Assembly (NCBI GenBank): GCA_965140415.1 | Contig: OZ223209.1 | Span: 2,528,001 to 2,592,000 of the forward strand | Source of the DNA: Myxococcota bacterium | GTDB lineage: Bacteria > Myxococcota_A > SURF-8 | Reading direction: 5' to 3' | Length of the DNA: 64,000 bases | Shown: one piece after another, positions 40,432 to 49,861 of the stretch | Layout: each line of letters begins with the position of its first letter | How positions within the stretch are numbered: position 1 is the first letter of the stretch | Translations under genes and position numbers: made by a program | Notes under the pieces: generated by a model | What the model was told of the DNA's origin: nothing | Seen by the model: the letters and a program-made list of their open reading frames with translations, nothing else | Database searches by the model: none

Positions 40432-42000
40432 ATGCTTCGATATGCATTTGTCGCCGTTGTAACTCTTTGCTGCATCCTTTGGTTGACAAGCGCTTGCTCA
40501 AACTCCGCTGACTGTGACCAGGCATGTGGTGAAAATCAAAGTTGTATAGACGGTTCTTGTGTGGACAACAGAACGGACGCTGATGTGGATCTTGAATGGG
40601 AGGGGGATATCGATTCAAGTATCGAAGCGGAAGCGATTCCATTCATTACGGATGAACAGGGTAGGGTGATGATCCTTCATGGAGTCAACATTGATTATGG
40701 AACGAAATCAAATCCAGAAGTTTTACCAGTCATCCCAAAAGAACAGGCAGAGCGATTGGTAAATAGCTTTGGGTTAAATTTCGTACGTCTCTTGATGGTT
40801 TGGGAGGGAGTGGAACCACAAGCGGGAGTAACTGATCGGAATTATTTGGATATGATCGAACAGCGCGTTGATCTGCTATGGGAAGCTGGCTTGTATGTGG
40901 TGCTTGATATGCATCAGGATGTCTATGCACAGCGGTTTTGCTGTGATGGTGCTCCAGAGTGGGCTATTCGCGATGATGACCTACCTTATGAATTACAGGA
41001 TCAGTGGTTTTTAAACTATTTCCAACCGGCAGTGCAGCGTTCTTTCGACAATTTCTGGGCCTATGATAAAGGCGAGCATGCCGATCTTCAGGACCACTAT
41101 GCTGCAATGTGGGTGGAGGTTGCGAAGCGATTCAAAGATCATCCTGCTGTATTGGGTTATGATCTTATGAACGAGCCGCATCCAGGTTCCGATTTTGATG
41201 CCGCCGAAGCCGTAGGATTGAGCCCTTCACGTGAGAGTCGTTCCGAATCCTTTGATAAAGAAAAACTCACACCGTTTTACCAACGAGTCACGAATGCCAT
41301 TCGAAGTGTCGATACGGAAAATTGGATTTTCTTCGAATCTCGCTATGGCGGTCCTGGTAACGGTAGTGCCAGTTGGATCGAGGGGTTGGATGATCCTCGT
41401 AACGGTTCGCCTCGACTTGCTTATTTTCCGCATCTCTATTCAGTGAGCGTGGAAAACAATCAATCCTATAATCAGGATACAATGACAACAATACCTGACT
41501 GGGAAGCGCACCGCTCTGAAGAAGTAACGAAGGAAGGTTGGCCGTTGTTGATTGGCGAATGGGGACTCGATTCTGCTTGGACGAATGCCGATCTGTTTAT
41601 GAAGCAGGTGTTGGCCATGGCGGATCGTCAAATGGCGGGGTGGGCGTATTGGGCATGGGATCCCGGAGGATGGAGTTTTATCGATTCCGATTTGAACGAG
41701 CGTGAAAGTGCGGACATAATTGTGCGCACTTATCCGCGCCGGATTGCCGGCAAACCGATCTCCTTTGGGTTTGATCCAGATACGAGAGTGTTCGAATTGA
41801 CCTTCGTGGATCGTGCCGGTGTTAGCGGTTCTACAGAAATATATCTGCCTGCTGTTCGCCATTATCCGGATGGTTGGACTGTGACTGTTAGTGATCCAGT
41901 GGATAGCTGGAGCATGGAATGGGATCAGAAGAAAGAATTGTTGACAATTACAACCACTCCCGATGCCGATGGTCACGAGATCCGTATCGAACCGAAATAA
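40432..42000 (+). CDS. GH5 endoglycoceramidase-like lipoprotein
   Basis: Lipobox TSAC; LHGVN, LDMHQD, DGAPEWA, NEP acid/base, IGEWG nucleophile, RTYPRRIAG C-terminal domain. Confidence 0.88.
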   Translation: MLRYAFVAVVTLCCILWLTSACSNSADCDQACGENQSCIDGSCVDNRTDADVDLEWEGDIDSSIEAEAIPFITDEQGRVMILHGVNIDYGTKSNPEVLPVIPKEQAERLVNSFGLNFVRLLMVWEGVEPQAGVTDRNYLDMIEQRVDLLWEAGLYVVLDMHQDVYAQRFCCDGAPEWAIRDDDLPYELQDQWFLNYFQPAVQRSFDNFWAYDKGEHADLQDHYAAMWVEVAKRFKDHPAVLGYDLMNEPHPGSDFDAAEAVGLSPSRESRSESFDKEKLTPFYQRVTNAIRSVDTENWIFFESRYGGPGNGSASWIEGLDDPRNGSPRLAYFPHLYSVSVENNQSYNQDTMTTIPDWEAHRSEEVTKEGWPLLIGEWGLDSAWTNADLFMKQVLAMADRQMAGWAYWAWDPGGWSFIDSDLNERESADIIVRTYPRRIAGKPISFGFDPDTRVFELTFVDRAGVSGSTEIYLPAVRHYPDGWTVTVSDPVDSWSMEWDQKKELLTITTTPDADGHEIRIEPK

Positions 42001-42044
42001 AAGGAAGCTCGAACACGAAGAAAGGATTTTATGCGGTTCTTGAC

Positions 42045-42161
42045 AGAATACCACGGGCTTGCCCGTGGATGAATGAGCCTTCCCGTCGCTGCGGTTGAGC
42101 AGCGGTGGGTCGGTTCCAACAGAACCGTAACAGTAAGTACCCCGGGTTTACCCGGGGGAAT
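42045..42161. mobile_element. Short multi-hairpin element resembling IS200/IS605 ends or REP sequences (possible non-autonomous element)
   Basis: CCACGGG-CTTG-CCCGTGG (42051-42068) and CCCCGGG-TTTA-CCCGGGG (42140-42157) flank two smaller hairpins; no ORF inside. Confidence 0.5.
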
Positions 42162-43952
42162 CTATTCATTGCTGGGATCTGGAGAAGGTGTTTCGGTATC
42201 AAAGCGGGAACAATAACGCTCTTGAAGGTCCATCAGATGGTTCACTTCATTATCTCCACTTAACGCTTTTGCCAGTTCTTCCATTTTCGAGCGATAGTGC
42301 ACACAGGCTTTCTGAGCATAGCTCGTATCAACTCCCCATACTGGTACTGGAGTTGGGTGAGGCGGACGCGGCATAGGAGGCGGCGGAGAAATCAGGCGGT
42401 AGCAGGGCATCGTCCAGCATGGCCAGTTCCGATACGTTGCTGGGCTGGTTTGTGCCAGCAGATCGGTGAAGGTCAGGATCAGCCGAGCTTTTCGGACCGT
42501 TAATGCTGAGTCGGACTGCATCTGAGAGATTTTCCACTTGAAGTTTTCCGTTTTTGCTTCGCCACTTTTCGGATCGAAATACTCGATATCAAGCCCGATT
42601 TCATCTCTGGATGCAGGTTCGCCTTTAAGATCCATAAGGAAAAGTTGGGCCGAATTTGCGAAATAGTGAATGGCCTGAACTTTTTCTTTCTTTTCGCTGC
42701 TTTCTTCTCCGTAGAAAATATCCATTTTCAGAGATTCTGGTAGAGTCAATTTGAAATGAACGTCACGAGCGACTACTTCTAGAAGCGAAATGAATTTATC
42801 TCCGAATACTCGGGAAACGGCATTCTCACTGGATAGAAACAGATAGGCACCTTTTCCTCGTTCGGTCAATGTATTCAGCATACGGTCGTTGAAATCATGG
42901 CCGACCCCAATACCTGAAAGAGCGATATGGCGTTTGTCATAGTATTTCGTGACCGTTGCGGTCAAATCTTCGTTGGTCACACCGGTATTGGCCAGGGCGT
43001 CGGTAATCATGACAACACGATTGTTTTTGGACTTCTCCAAATAGTTTTCGGCGAGTTTGTACCCTTGATTCAAACCGTCGTGAAGGTTGGTTGAACCCCA
43101 GGATTCCAGTCGCTCGATGGCTTGTTCATATAGTTCTCGTTTGTCGCGTCCCACAACAAAGCCTTTCAGTGGGCTACAGATCTCGTGATTGAACTGGACA
43201 AGATTGACGACATCGCCTGTTTTAAACTGATCGTAAACTTGCTTCATCCCTTTTTTCAAGTAGTCCATCTTATTGGAAGAAGCCATGGAACCGGATTGGT
43301 CGAGAACGAAAGAGATAATCGCAGGTCTGCGCTCTTCCTTTGTCAAAGTCTTTCCGCGTACGCTTAACGACAACGTGGTTTGATTGCGCAGCAGTCCTTC
43401 TGTCAATTGCGGCTGCACAGCGAAAACGTAATCGCCTTTGGGGAGGCGACCATCGAAGCGATAGTAGTTAAGAAACTCGTGCGGACGCAGATGATTGACG
43501 GGAATGGGTAGCATATTGTCGATTGCATATTCGATGCGCTGGGCTGAAGACAGGCTCATGGAATCGTCGTTGGAGAGGTAAATAACGGACCCGGTGGTTT
43601 GGGGCGTTGGTGCATCCTGGCACTGTGGTGACTTAACTTGTGAATCTTGCTGCGGTATGGCGGCGGATTCAGCCATCTTGGCTGGCATTGGTGCTTGAAT
43701 TGCGCCCGGTTGTAGTGTTTTCTGAATGCCAATACCGCCGCGACCTCGAGGATTGCCGGTGGATTCGTCATAGCGTGCAGACTGGCGGCAATCGGTCACA
43801 ATTACGGGGCTGCCGACAGCAGATCCGGCAGGAGTAATCCATGAATCGGCAGGTGCTTTTTCTTGAGCTACGGCGAGTGAGTAGAAAACGACAGTAAGCA
43901 ATAGTGCCGTTAATACGAAGAAAAGGCTGAAAGCACGTTGCCTTCTAGACAT
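42162..43952 (-). CDS. Secreted vWA domain protein (YfbK-like)
   Basis: Signal peptide, MIDAS DQSGS, GSTNLHDGL, ITDALAN and IGVGHDFN. Confidence 0.9.
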   Translation of the reverse strand: MSRRQRAFSLFFVLTALLLTVVFYSLAVAQEKAPADSWITPAGSAVGSPVIVTDCRQSARYDESTGNPRGRGGIGIQKTLQPGAIQAPMPAKMAESAAIPQQDSQVKSPQCQDAPTPQTTGSVIYLSNDDSMSLSSAQRIEYAIDNMLPIPVNHLRPHEFLNYYRFDGRLPKGDYVFAVQPQLTEGLLRNQTTLSLSVRGKTLTKEERRPAIISFVLDQSGSMASSNKMDYLKKGMKQVYDQFKTGDVVNLVQFNHEICSPLKGFVVGRDKRELYEQAIERLESWGSTNLHDGLNQGYKLAENYLEKSKNNRVVMITDALANTGVTNEDLTATVTKYYDKRHIALSGIGVGHDFNDRMLNTLTERGKGAYLFLSSENAVSRVFGDKFISLLEVVARDVHFKLTLPESLKMDIFYGEESSEKKEKVQAIHYFANSAQLFLMDLKGEPASRDEIGLDIEYFDPKSGEAKTENFKWKISQMQSDSALTVRKARLILTFTDLLAQTSPATYRNWPCWTMPCYRLISPPPPMPRPPHPTPVPVWGVDTSYAQKACVHYRSKMEELAKALSGDNEVNHLMDLQERYCSRFDTETPSPDPSNE

Positions 43953-44031
43953 GTTTACGTCTCCTTAGTATCGAACAGATACTTGTGTTATGCGAAAATC
44001 AGTTTAATCGTTACAAACAATTGAATTGGAC

Positions 44032-45354
44032 TTAAGGCTTTTGGTTGAACGTAGAGAAGACGTCACGTTCAACTTCGTTTTCTTTGCCAACCACAGCGAA
44101 GGAGAAGTCTACCATCGTCGCGCGGGCGGCGTCTCGAACCTGCTCGGGAGTTACCTCGCGAATCGCATCGATAACCGCGTTGCGGTTTTGATAACCACCC
44201 AAATAAACTTCAGCAGCGGAAAGAAAACCGGCTTGTGATTGATTGGCTTCGATGGCCATGTAGAATTTCGTACGATAAACAGCCTTGGCTGCCTTTAAAT
44301 CTTCCGGTGCGATTAGTTCCGTTTTTAATCGCTGCACTTCGTTGTAAATTGCGGGTAGTGCCTCGTTTTCATTCGGAGTGGTGACGTATAGATAGCCGAA
44401 GTTGCCATGATTGGAAGCCAGACCGCTATAGACCGCATAAGATAAGCCTCGCTTCGTTCGGACTTCGTCCCACAGACGCTGCGACAGCAATTCCAAACCG
44501 ATTTTCAAAGCGGCGTAATGTGGTTTCCCTGGAGCGGGTGTCACAAACTTTCCAAGGATATACTGGGTGGGCTGCTCCCGGTCTTGAATCGTGAGCCATT
44601 CGGAAGATGGTGTCAGTCTCGGTGCTACGGCCTTAGACGGTAAATCGCGAGAGGTTTGTCCGAACAGAGAGTCCAGCAAGGGGCGAAGTTCATTAATCGA
44701 TAAATCTCCGACAATGACCAGAAAATGTCCCTGCTCGCGAATAAGATCTTTATGATGTTTTACGAGATCTTCCCGAGTGAAGCTGGTTACACTGGTTTCC
44801 GTGCCGTCGATATCGTTTTTGTAGGGATGGCCTGCATAAAACTGTTCGTTTAAAACAAGTGACAACAATTGATCTGGATCATCCTGTTTTGCTCGAATGC
44901 TGGCTAATTGTTGTTGTCGCTGCAATTCGATTTCATCTTCTTTCAATAAAGGTTGCGCAAGCACATCGGCAAGGATTTTCAGCATCGGTTCGGCAAAAGG
45001 CCGGATGGAGCGGATTTTCAGTAGCGAGTAATCCTTGTCCACGGACGATTGCAAACTGGCGCCCATGCGATCCAGTTCCTGATTCAACGTTAGCTTCGGA
45101 TGGTTGAGACTGCCCTCGATCATTACCTGTAATAAAAGCTCCTCGACGCCAGCAGTAGCCTCCGTTTGGCGCAATGCGGCTCCTGGCATTACCAGTTGCA
45201 CTGCCACCACTTCATTGTTCGGTGTTGGCAGAAAGATTACTTTCAGGCCGTTCTCTAGTGTAAAATCGACGGCGGGATCGTTTGTCTCTGTAGCTTGTAA
45301 ACCAGCGGGAAGCAACCATACAAACAAAAGAAATGTGATGATTTGACGAGTCAT
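44032..45354 (-). CDS. M16 (pitrilysin) family peptidase, non-catalytic-type subunit
   Basis: TLENGL and LWDEVRTKRGLSY; lacks HxxEH. Confidence 0.9.
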   Translation of the reverse strand: MTRQIITFLLFVWLLPAGLQATETNDPAVDFTLENGLKVIFLPTPNNEVVAVQLVMPGAALRQTEATAGVEELLLQVMIEGSLNHPKLTLNQELDRMGASLQSSVDKDYSLLKIRSIRPFAEPMLKILADVLAQPLLKEDEIELQRQQQLASIRAKQDDPDQLLSLVLNEQFYAGHPYKNDIDGTETSVTSFTREDLVKHHKDLIREQGHFLVIVGDLSINELRPLLDSLFGQTSRDLPSKAVAPRLTPSSEWLTIQDREQPTQYILGKFVTPAPGKPHYAALKIGLELLSQRLWDEVRTKRGLSYAVYSGLASNHGNFGYLYVTTPNENEALPAIYNEVQRLKTELIAPEDLKAAKAVYRTKFYMAIEANQSQAGFLSAAEVYLGGYQNRNAVIDAIREVTPEQVRDAARATMVDFSFAVVGKENEVERDVFSTFNQKP

Positions 45355-46790
45355 GGGCGGACCTCCTTTTCATCTTGTGCGGAAGCCATCGCCGCTTCGA
45401 TACTTGCGCGATATTCACTGGCCGTCAATATGCCCAGGATTTTGGGTTGGTCAATCACATAGCGATTTAAATAACGTTCGATATCCGCTATGGTTACGGA
45501 CTCCACATTTTTAATGTAGTTAAGGCGATAGTCAGTGTCGGCAACGCACCACCAAAATCCAAGTTCCTGGGCGATAGTGGAAGAGCGTTCGAAACTGTAC
45601 ACGCTTTCTATGGCCAGCATGCGCTTTGCGTTTTCCAATTCCTGCTCCGAGAAATAGTCTGGTTGCACAAATCGGGGAAATTCCTCGCGGATCGCGGTCA
45701 GTGCCTCGGCGGCTCGCTGGGGAGAGGTGAAGCCCGTCAGGTAAATTGGTCCAACATGGCGTTGGGTGAAATAGCTGAAGGAGGCGCCCAGAAGGAGACC
45801 GGAATCCACCAGTCGTTTTTGAAAACCGGATGCGCGTTGTTGAAGAATGTAGGAAAATACATCTGCGGCATACGTGGCGATCGGGTCTTCCGAAACACTC
45901 GGGCCTTGCCAGCCGAATTGAAGAATCACGTTCTGGAAAGGACGTTCGACAATAAAGCTTCCATCCTTTGTTAATGGGGGATGCGTTGGAACTGGATGCT
46001 TGATGTAAGGATCGTCGGTCTGCGACCATTCTCTAAACAGTGGTTCAACCATTGCTTTGACCTGCGAGGCAGTCACGTCGCCGGAGACGATCAACAGGGA
46101 GTTGTTGGGGACGTAATACCGATTCTTTACGGTTTGCATCTTTTCTCGTGTTACGCTCGAAATCACATCACGTTCGCCTATGACGTTTTTACGAGAAGGA
46201 TATTTCGAAAACAGTGCTTTCGTCATCGCCTGGTGCAAATAAAAAACCGGGCTGGATTCGTTACGGTCGTATTCATTCAGTACTACAGATACTTCTCGTC
46301 GCAATTCGCCTTCTTCGAATATGGGAGAAACCAGCGCGTCACGCATGAAGGTCAGGCCTTCTTGTAGATTCTCTTTTGGCAAGGTGAAGTAATATTGCAC
46401 CGATTCGGTTGAGGTCGAACCGTTGAAAGACATTCCTAACTCACGTGTGCGGCGCATGTAGCTTTGTTGATCGGGCAGCACCGTGTTTCCCTTGAAAAAC
46501 ATGTGCTCGTACAGGTGAGAAAGTCCGTCGTATTCGGGCGATTCGGCCATCGCGCCGTTTTTTACCGCCGTAAGAATCGTGACCAGAGGTACGGTCTTTC
46601 GTTGCACAACGAGTACCTCAAGACCGTTTTCCAACGTAAACCGATCAATCGCTCCGCTAGGATCTTTCAAATTCAAGACTGTCGGAGATTTACCTTCAGG
46701 CTTTGGTTTTGCGCTGGTGCAGGCCATAATCGAAACGGCCAGTAACAGCCATGTAATCATCAGGATCGCGTATCTTCGATTTTTACACAT
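45351..46790 (-). CDS. M16 zinc peptidase, catalytic subunit (lipoprotein)
   Basis: GLSHLYEHMFFKG, NGST, YVPNN; lipobox-like IMAC. Confidence 0.93.
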   Translation of the reverse strand: MCKNRRYAILMITWLLLAVSIMACTSAKPKPEGKSPTVLNLKDPSGAIDRFTLENGLEVLVVQRKTVPLVTILTAVKNGAMAESPEYDGLSHLYEHMFFKGNTVLPDQQSYMRRTRELGMSFNGSTSTESVQYYFTLPKENLQEGLTFMRDALVSPIFEEGELRREVSVVLNEYDRNESSPVFYLHQAMTKALFSKYPSRKNVIGERDVISSVTREKMQTVKNRYYVPNNSLLIVSGDVTASQVKAMVEPLFREWSQTDDPYIKHPVPTHPPLTKDGSFIVERPFQNVILQFGWQGPSVSEDPIATYAADVFSYILQQRASGFQKRLVDSGLLLGASFSYFTQRHVGPIYLTGFTSPQRAAEALTAIREEFPRFVQPDYFSEQELENAKRMLAIESVYSFERSSTIAQELGFWWCVADTDYRLNYIKNVESVTIADIERYLNRYVIDQPKILGILTASEYRASIEAAMASAQDEKEVRP

Positions 46791-46897
46791 TGTGCTTCCT
46801 CCACTTCTGCAAAATCGCTCCCACCGTAGCAATCCTGTATTTATTGTGTCAAGGTGAATTGTTGGAACGATTTTCCTGGACGTGATATACTGCTGCC

Positions 46898-47908
46898 ATG
46901 AAGGAAGCGCGTTGGTACAAAAAAGAAGAGGGGGGGCGGGTCCGTTGCGGGCTATGCGCCCATCGATGTTTGATAAAACCGGGAAAAAAGGGCATTTGTG
47001 GCGTGCGGGAAAACCAGGATGGCACGCTATATACTCTGGTGTACGACAAGGTCATCGCAACGCACATCGATCCGATAGAGAAAAAACCTCTTTTTCATGT
47101 AAAACCGGGGTCATTCAGTTTTTCGATGGCTACCGTTGGATGCAACTTCCGCTGCCGTTTCTGCCAGAATCACGATATCAGTCAGTGGCCTCAACAAAAC
47201 GAGGGGCTACTGCCGGGAGAATCAGTGTCTTCTTCACGGTTGGTACAGGCGGCGAAAGACAACGGATGCGAAACGATTTCGTTTACGTATACCGAACCAA
47301 CGATTTTTGCAGAGTTGGCGTATGATGTTGCCGTTGAAGCCAGAAAGCAGGGCATCGACTCCGTTTTTGTAAGTAACGGTTACATGAGCCGCGAAATGAT
47401 AAGCGACTTCGGGGAGCTTATAAAAGCGGCAAATATCGATTTGAAGTGTTTTAGCGACGACAGTTACAGGCGGGTGATCGGTGCTCACTTAAAGCCAGTA
47501 CTAGACTCCATTGCCGCACTGCATGAAAACGGGACGTTTCTTGAAATTACCACGCTTGTGATTCCTGGTTTCAATGATTCGGAAGCGGAACTAGAGCAAA
47601 TTGCCGGATTCATCGCTGAACTGGATGATAATATTCCCTGGCATATCTCTGCTTTTCATCCCGATTATCACATGCTGGATCGTGCGCGAACCGAAACTGA
47701 AAGTTTACATCGCGCTTATCGTATTGGTAAAAACAAAGGTTTGAAGTATGTCTATACAGGCAACCTGCCTGGGGATCGACACGAATCCACCTACTGTCCT
47801 TCTTGTAATGCTTGCGTAATTGAGCGCATGGGATTTCGAGTGTTGGCGACTCGGATGGTGGCTGGGAGCTGTGCTTCGTGTGGGGAGGTTATTGCAGGGA
47901 TTTATTGA
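46898..47908 (+). CDS. amrS: AmmeMemoRadiSam system radical SAM enzyme
   Basis: CGLCAHRC...GICGVR, DPIEKKPLFH, GCNFRCRFCQN and TYTEP. Confidence 0.92.
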   Translation: MKEARWYKKEEGGRVRCGLCAHRCLIKPGKKGICGVRENQDGTLYTLVYDKVIATHIDPIEKKPLFHVKPGSFSFSMATVGCNFRCRFCQNHDISQWPQQNEGLLPGESVSSSRLVQAAKDNGCETISFTYTEPTIFAELAYDVAVEARKQGIDSVFVSNGYMSREMISDFGELIKAANIDLKCFSDDSYRRVIGAHLKPVLDSIAALHENGTFLEITTLVIPGFNDSEAELEQIAGFIAELDDNIPWHISAFHPDYHMLDRARTETESLHRAYRIGKNKGLKYVYTGNLPGDRHESTYCPSCNACVIERMGFRVLATRMVAGSCASCGEVIAGIY

Positions 47909-47985
47909 CGCCAAGTACATCCGCAATTATAATAAATGCATTGGATCACCTTGGATGTCCATCCCATTGATGGGGAGTCTGCTTC

Positions 47986-48372
47986 ATGAAGAAATTGTTA
48001 ATTGGGGTCGTTCTGCTCGCCATACTAGTGTGGGCGGTTTGTTCCATACCGGCAGTGCGTAACTTTGTCAGTGCTCCGGCAGACATGGTGGACGCTGTGT
48101 CTACAGGTATGGAGATAAAGCAGATCCAATCGTTGATTGCAGGGTTCCAGAAAAAGAGTAAGCGCTGGCCTACCGAGGAAGAATTTCAACAGTTGATCGA
48201 GCAGGCGTTTCCCAAAGATCGCACCGATTCGCTTGGCTCCGACAGTCTGGTTGATCTTTGGGGTGAGCCATATAATTATTTCCGTAAGGGATCCGGGTTC
48301 GCTCTGGTGAGCATGGGACCGGATCGCAAACCCGGCACGCAGGACGATATAATTCTGCTTCAAAGGAACTGA
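47986..48372 (+). CDS. Protein with GspG/T2SSG-like C-terminal domain
   Basis: N-terminal hydrophobic helix; DLWGEPYNY...SMGPDRKPGTQDDI motif. Confidence 0.75.
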   Translation: MKKLLIGVVLLAILVWAVCSIPAVRNFVSAPADMVDAVSTGMEIKQIQSLIAGFQKKSKRWPTEEEFQQLIEQAFPKDRTDSLGSDSLVDLWGEPYNYFRKGSGFALVSMGPDRKPGTQDDIILLQRN

Positions 48373-48373
48373 C

Positions 48374-48937
48374 ATGGCCCAGAGTAAACCGTTTAAACGT
48401 AAGCGTTATCTGATTCAAAAAAACTTTCAGTTTTCGTATATCGGGAAAATCTTGGCCTTGGAACTGCTCGCGGTCGGGGCCACGGCTTTGTTGATGAGCT
48501 ATATGTTTCTCTACGTCTTTAACGATGCTGCGATGGTTTCAAGTGGTCCGTGGGGAAAGGGCATCTTCTGGTCCACCATTGTGCTGGGAATAGTTCTGAT
48601 GCTTATTTTAGGCTATCTTGGCGTCTTGGTTTCTCATCGCATCGCAGGTCCGATGTTTCGATTTGAAAAGACATTTCGCGAGGTGCAAGACGGCAATCTG
48701 AAAGTGCGTGTGTATCTGCGCGGCAAAGATGAAATGAAACCCTTGGCGCAAGCTTTCAACTCCATGCTTGATACGTTGGTGGAACGTATTCAACCAGCGT
48801 CCGTAGAGCCAAACCAAATAAATAGTCCCAAAAATCAGATACAGAGTATTTTAGTTGCTGTGGCCAATTCCGATCTGCCTGCAAACGAAAAAGACCAATA
48901 TCGTAAAACGCTGGAAGGACTTAAAGCCAAACTATAA
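48374..48937 (+). CDS. Two-TM HAMP-domain membrane protein
   Basis: KRKRYLI..FQ N-terminus; SHRIAGP...GNL...LRGKDE...FNSM. Confidence 0.85.
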   Translation: MAQSKPFKRKRYLIQKNFQFSYIGKILALELLAVGATALLMSYMFLYVFNDAAMVSSGPWGKGIFWSTIVLGIVLMLILGYLGVLVSHRIAGPMFRFEKTFREVQDGNLKVRVYLRGKDEMKPLAQAFNSMLDTLVERIQPASVEPNQINSPKNQIQSILVAVANSDLPANEKDQYRKTLEGLKAKL

Positions 48938-49088
48938 CGGAAGGGGTTTGCGTTAAGCCGCTTATTGTTGGAGCGGCAACAGCTGTAGAGGGGCGAACTG
49001 TTTTCTCCAGAGGTCTGGTTGGTACTTGTGGTTTGTGGTCGGGTGCCTTTATCGTTTGATACGTGTGAACCAATCCAACAAAGAATAG

Positions 49089-49197
49089 AAAAAGCGGACG
49101 GCGAAGTCCTGACCTCGAAAGCAACCACTCTGCCACTTGGGGGGGACGGTGGGACTCTAAAGCGGTCGTCTCAAGGTCAGGACTTCGCCGCCCGCTA
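49089..49197 (-). ncRNA. Candidate stand-alone small RNA (long hairpin, C7 apical loop, U tail)
   Basis: 23-bp terminal stem extended by inner stems that gain G-U pairs only on the minus strand; followed by a T-run; promoter directly upstream. Confidence 0.65.
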
Positions 49198-49204
49198 ACT
49201 ATAT

Positions 49205-49233
49205 ATGATTACCAAACTTTGCCCCGATGTCAA
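49205..49233 (-). promoter_or_regulatory. Sigma70-type promoter for the candidate sRNA
   Basis: Perfect TTGACA (49233-49228), 17-bp spacer, AATCAT (49210-49205); the hairpin starts about 8 nt downstream. Confidence 0.65.
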
Positions 49234-49311
49234 GAGGAGACGACAGAAATTTACACCACAGTTTAATGTGAAACTTGGCAGACAGTAAATACTACTTGTA
49301 ATATCAAATGA

Positions 49312-49857
49312 TTACCAGACCCACTCGGTTTTCCCCAATTCAGATAAAAGATTTTTTGGAACCCAGCCTTGCACGGATTGTCCAGTTTTTAATGCTTCTC
49401 GTAGCTTTGTACTGGATAAGTCAGGTAGTACCAGCCGATCCTGCGATTCCAGAAAATGATTTTGCCGACCGATCCAAATAATGGGAAACTGTGTTTGCAG
49501 ATCGTCGAAACGCTTCCAACGATCCTTCTCTCCACGAATGTCTGAGCCGAGAATCAGAGAGAAGTGAATGTCCGGGTGGCGTGATGCAAGGGATTCCATG
49601 GTGTCGATAGTACGGTTTTCATTCGGTAGTGTTCGTTCGATATCATTGACTTGGCAGGAGTCGCCGAAAGGCTCTGCCAGCAGTTCACACAGTCGATGGC
49701 GAAGTCCATAAGGGGCAAGTGCCTTTCCGAATGCGTGTTGGTTACAAGGGACCAGCCACACCTGATCGATGTTGCAGCTTTGCAGTGCATAAAAAATGGT
49801 TAGTTGGTGGCAGATGTGAGGGGGATTGAAACTGCCACCATAAACTGCAACTTGCAT
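49312..49857 (-). CDS. nadD: Nicotinate-nucleotide adenylyltransferase
   Basis: YGGSFNPPHICH, RTIDT, ILGSD and SSTKLR. Confidence 0.9.
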   Translation of the reverse strand: MQVAVYGGSFNPPHICHQLTIFYALQSCNIDQVWLVPCNQHAFGKALAPYGLRHRLCELLAEPFGDSCQVNDIERTLPNENRTIDTMESLASRHPDIHFSLILGSDIRGEKDRWKRFDDLQTQFPIIWIGRQNHFLESQDRLVLPDLSSTKLREALKTGQSVQGWVPKNLLSELGKTEWVW

Positions 49858-49861
49858 GGTT

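Noticed and set aside
49093-49196. Interpretation of the hairpin as SRP RNA, 6S RNA or tRNA-Sec
   Set aside because: No CAGG..GGAA..AGCAG domain IV motif, too short and lacking the central bubble of 6S, and no cloverleaf.
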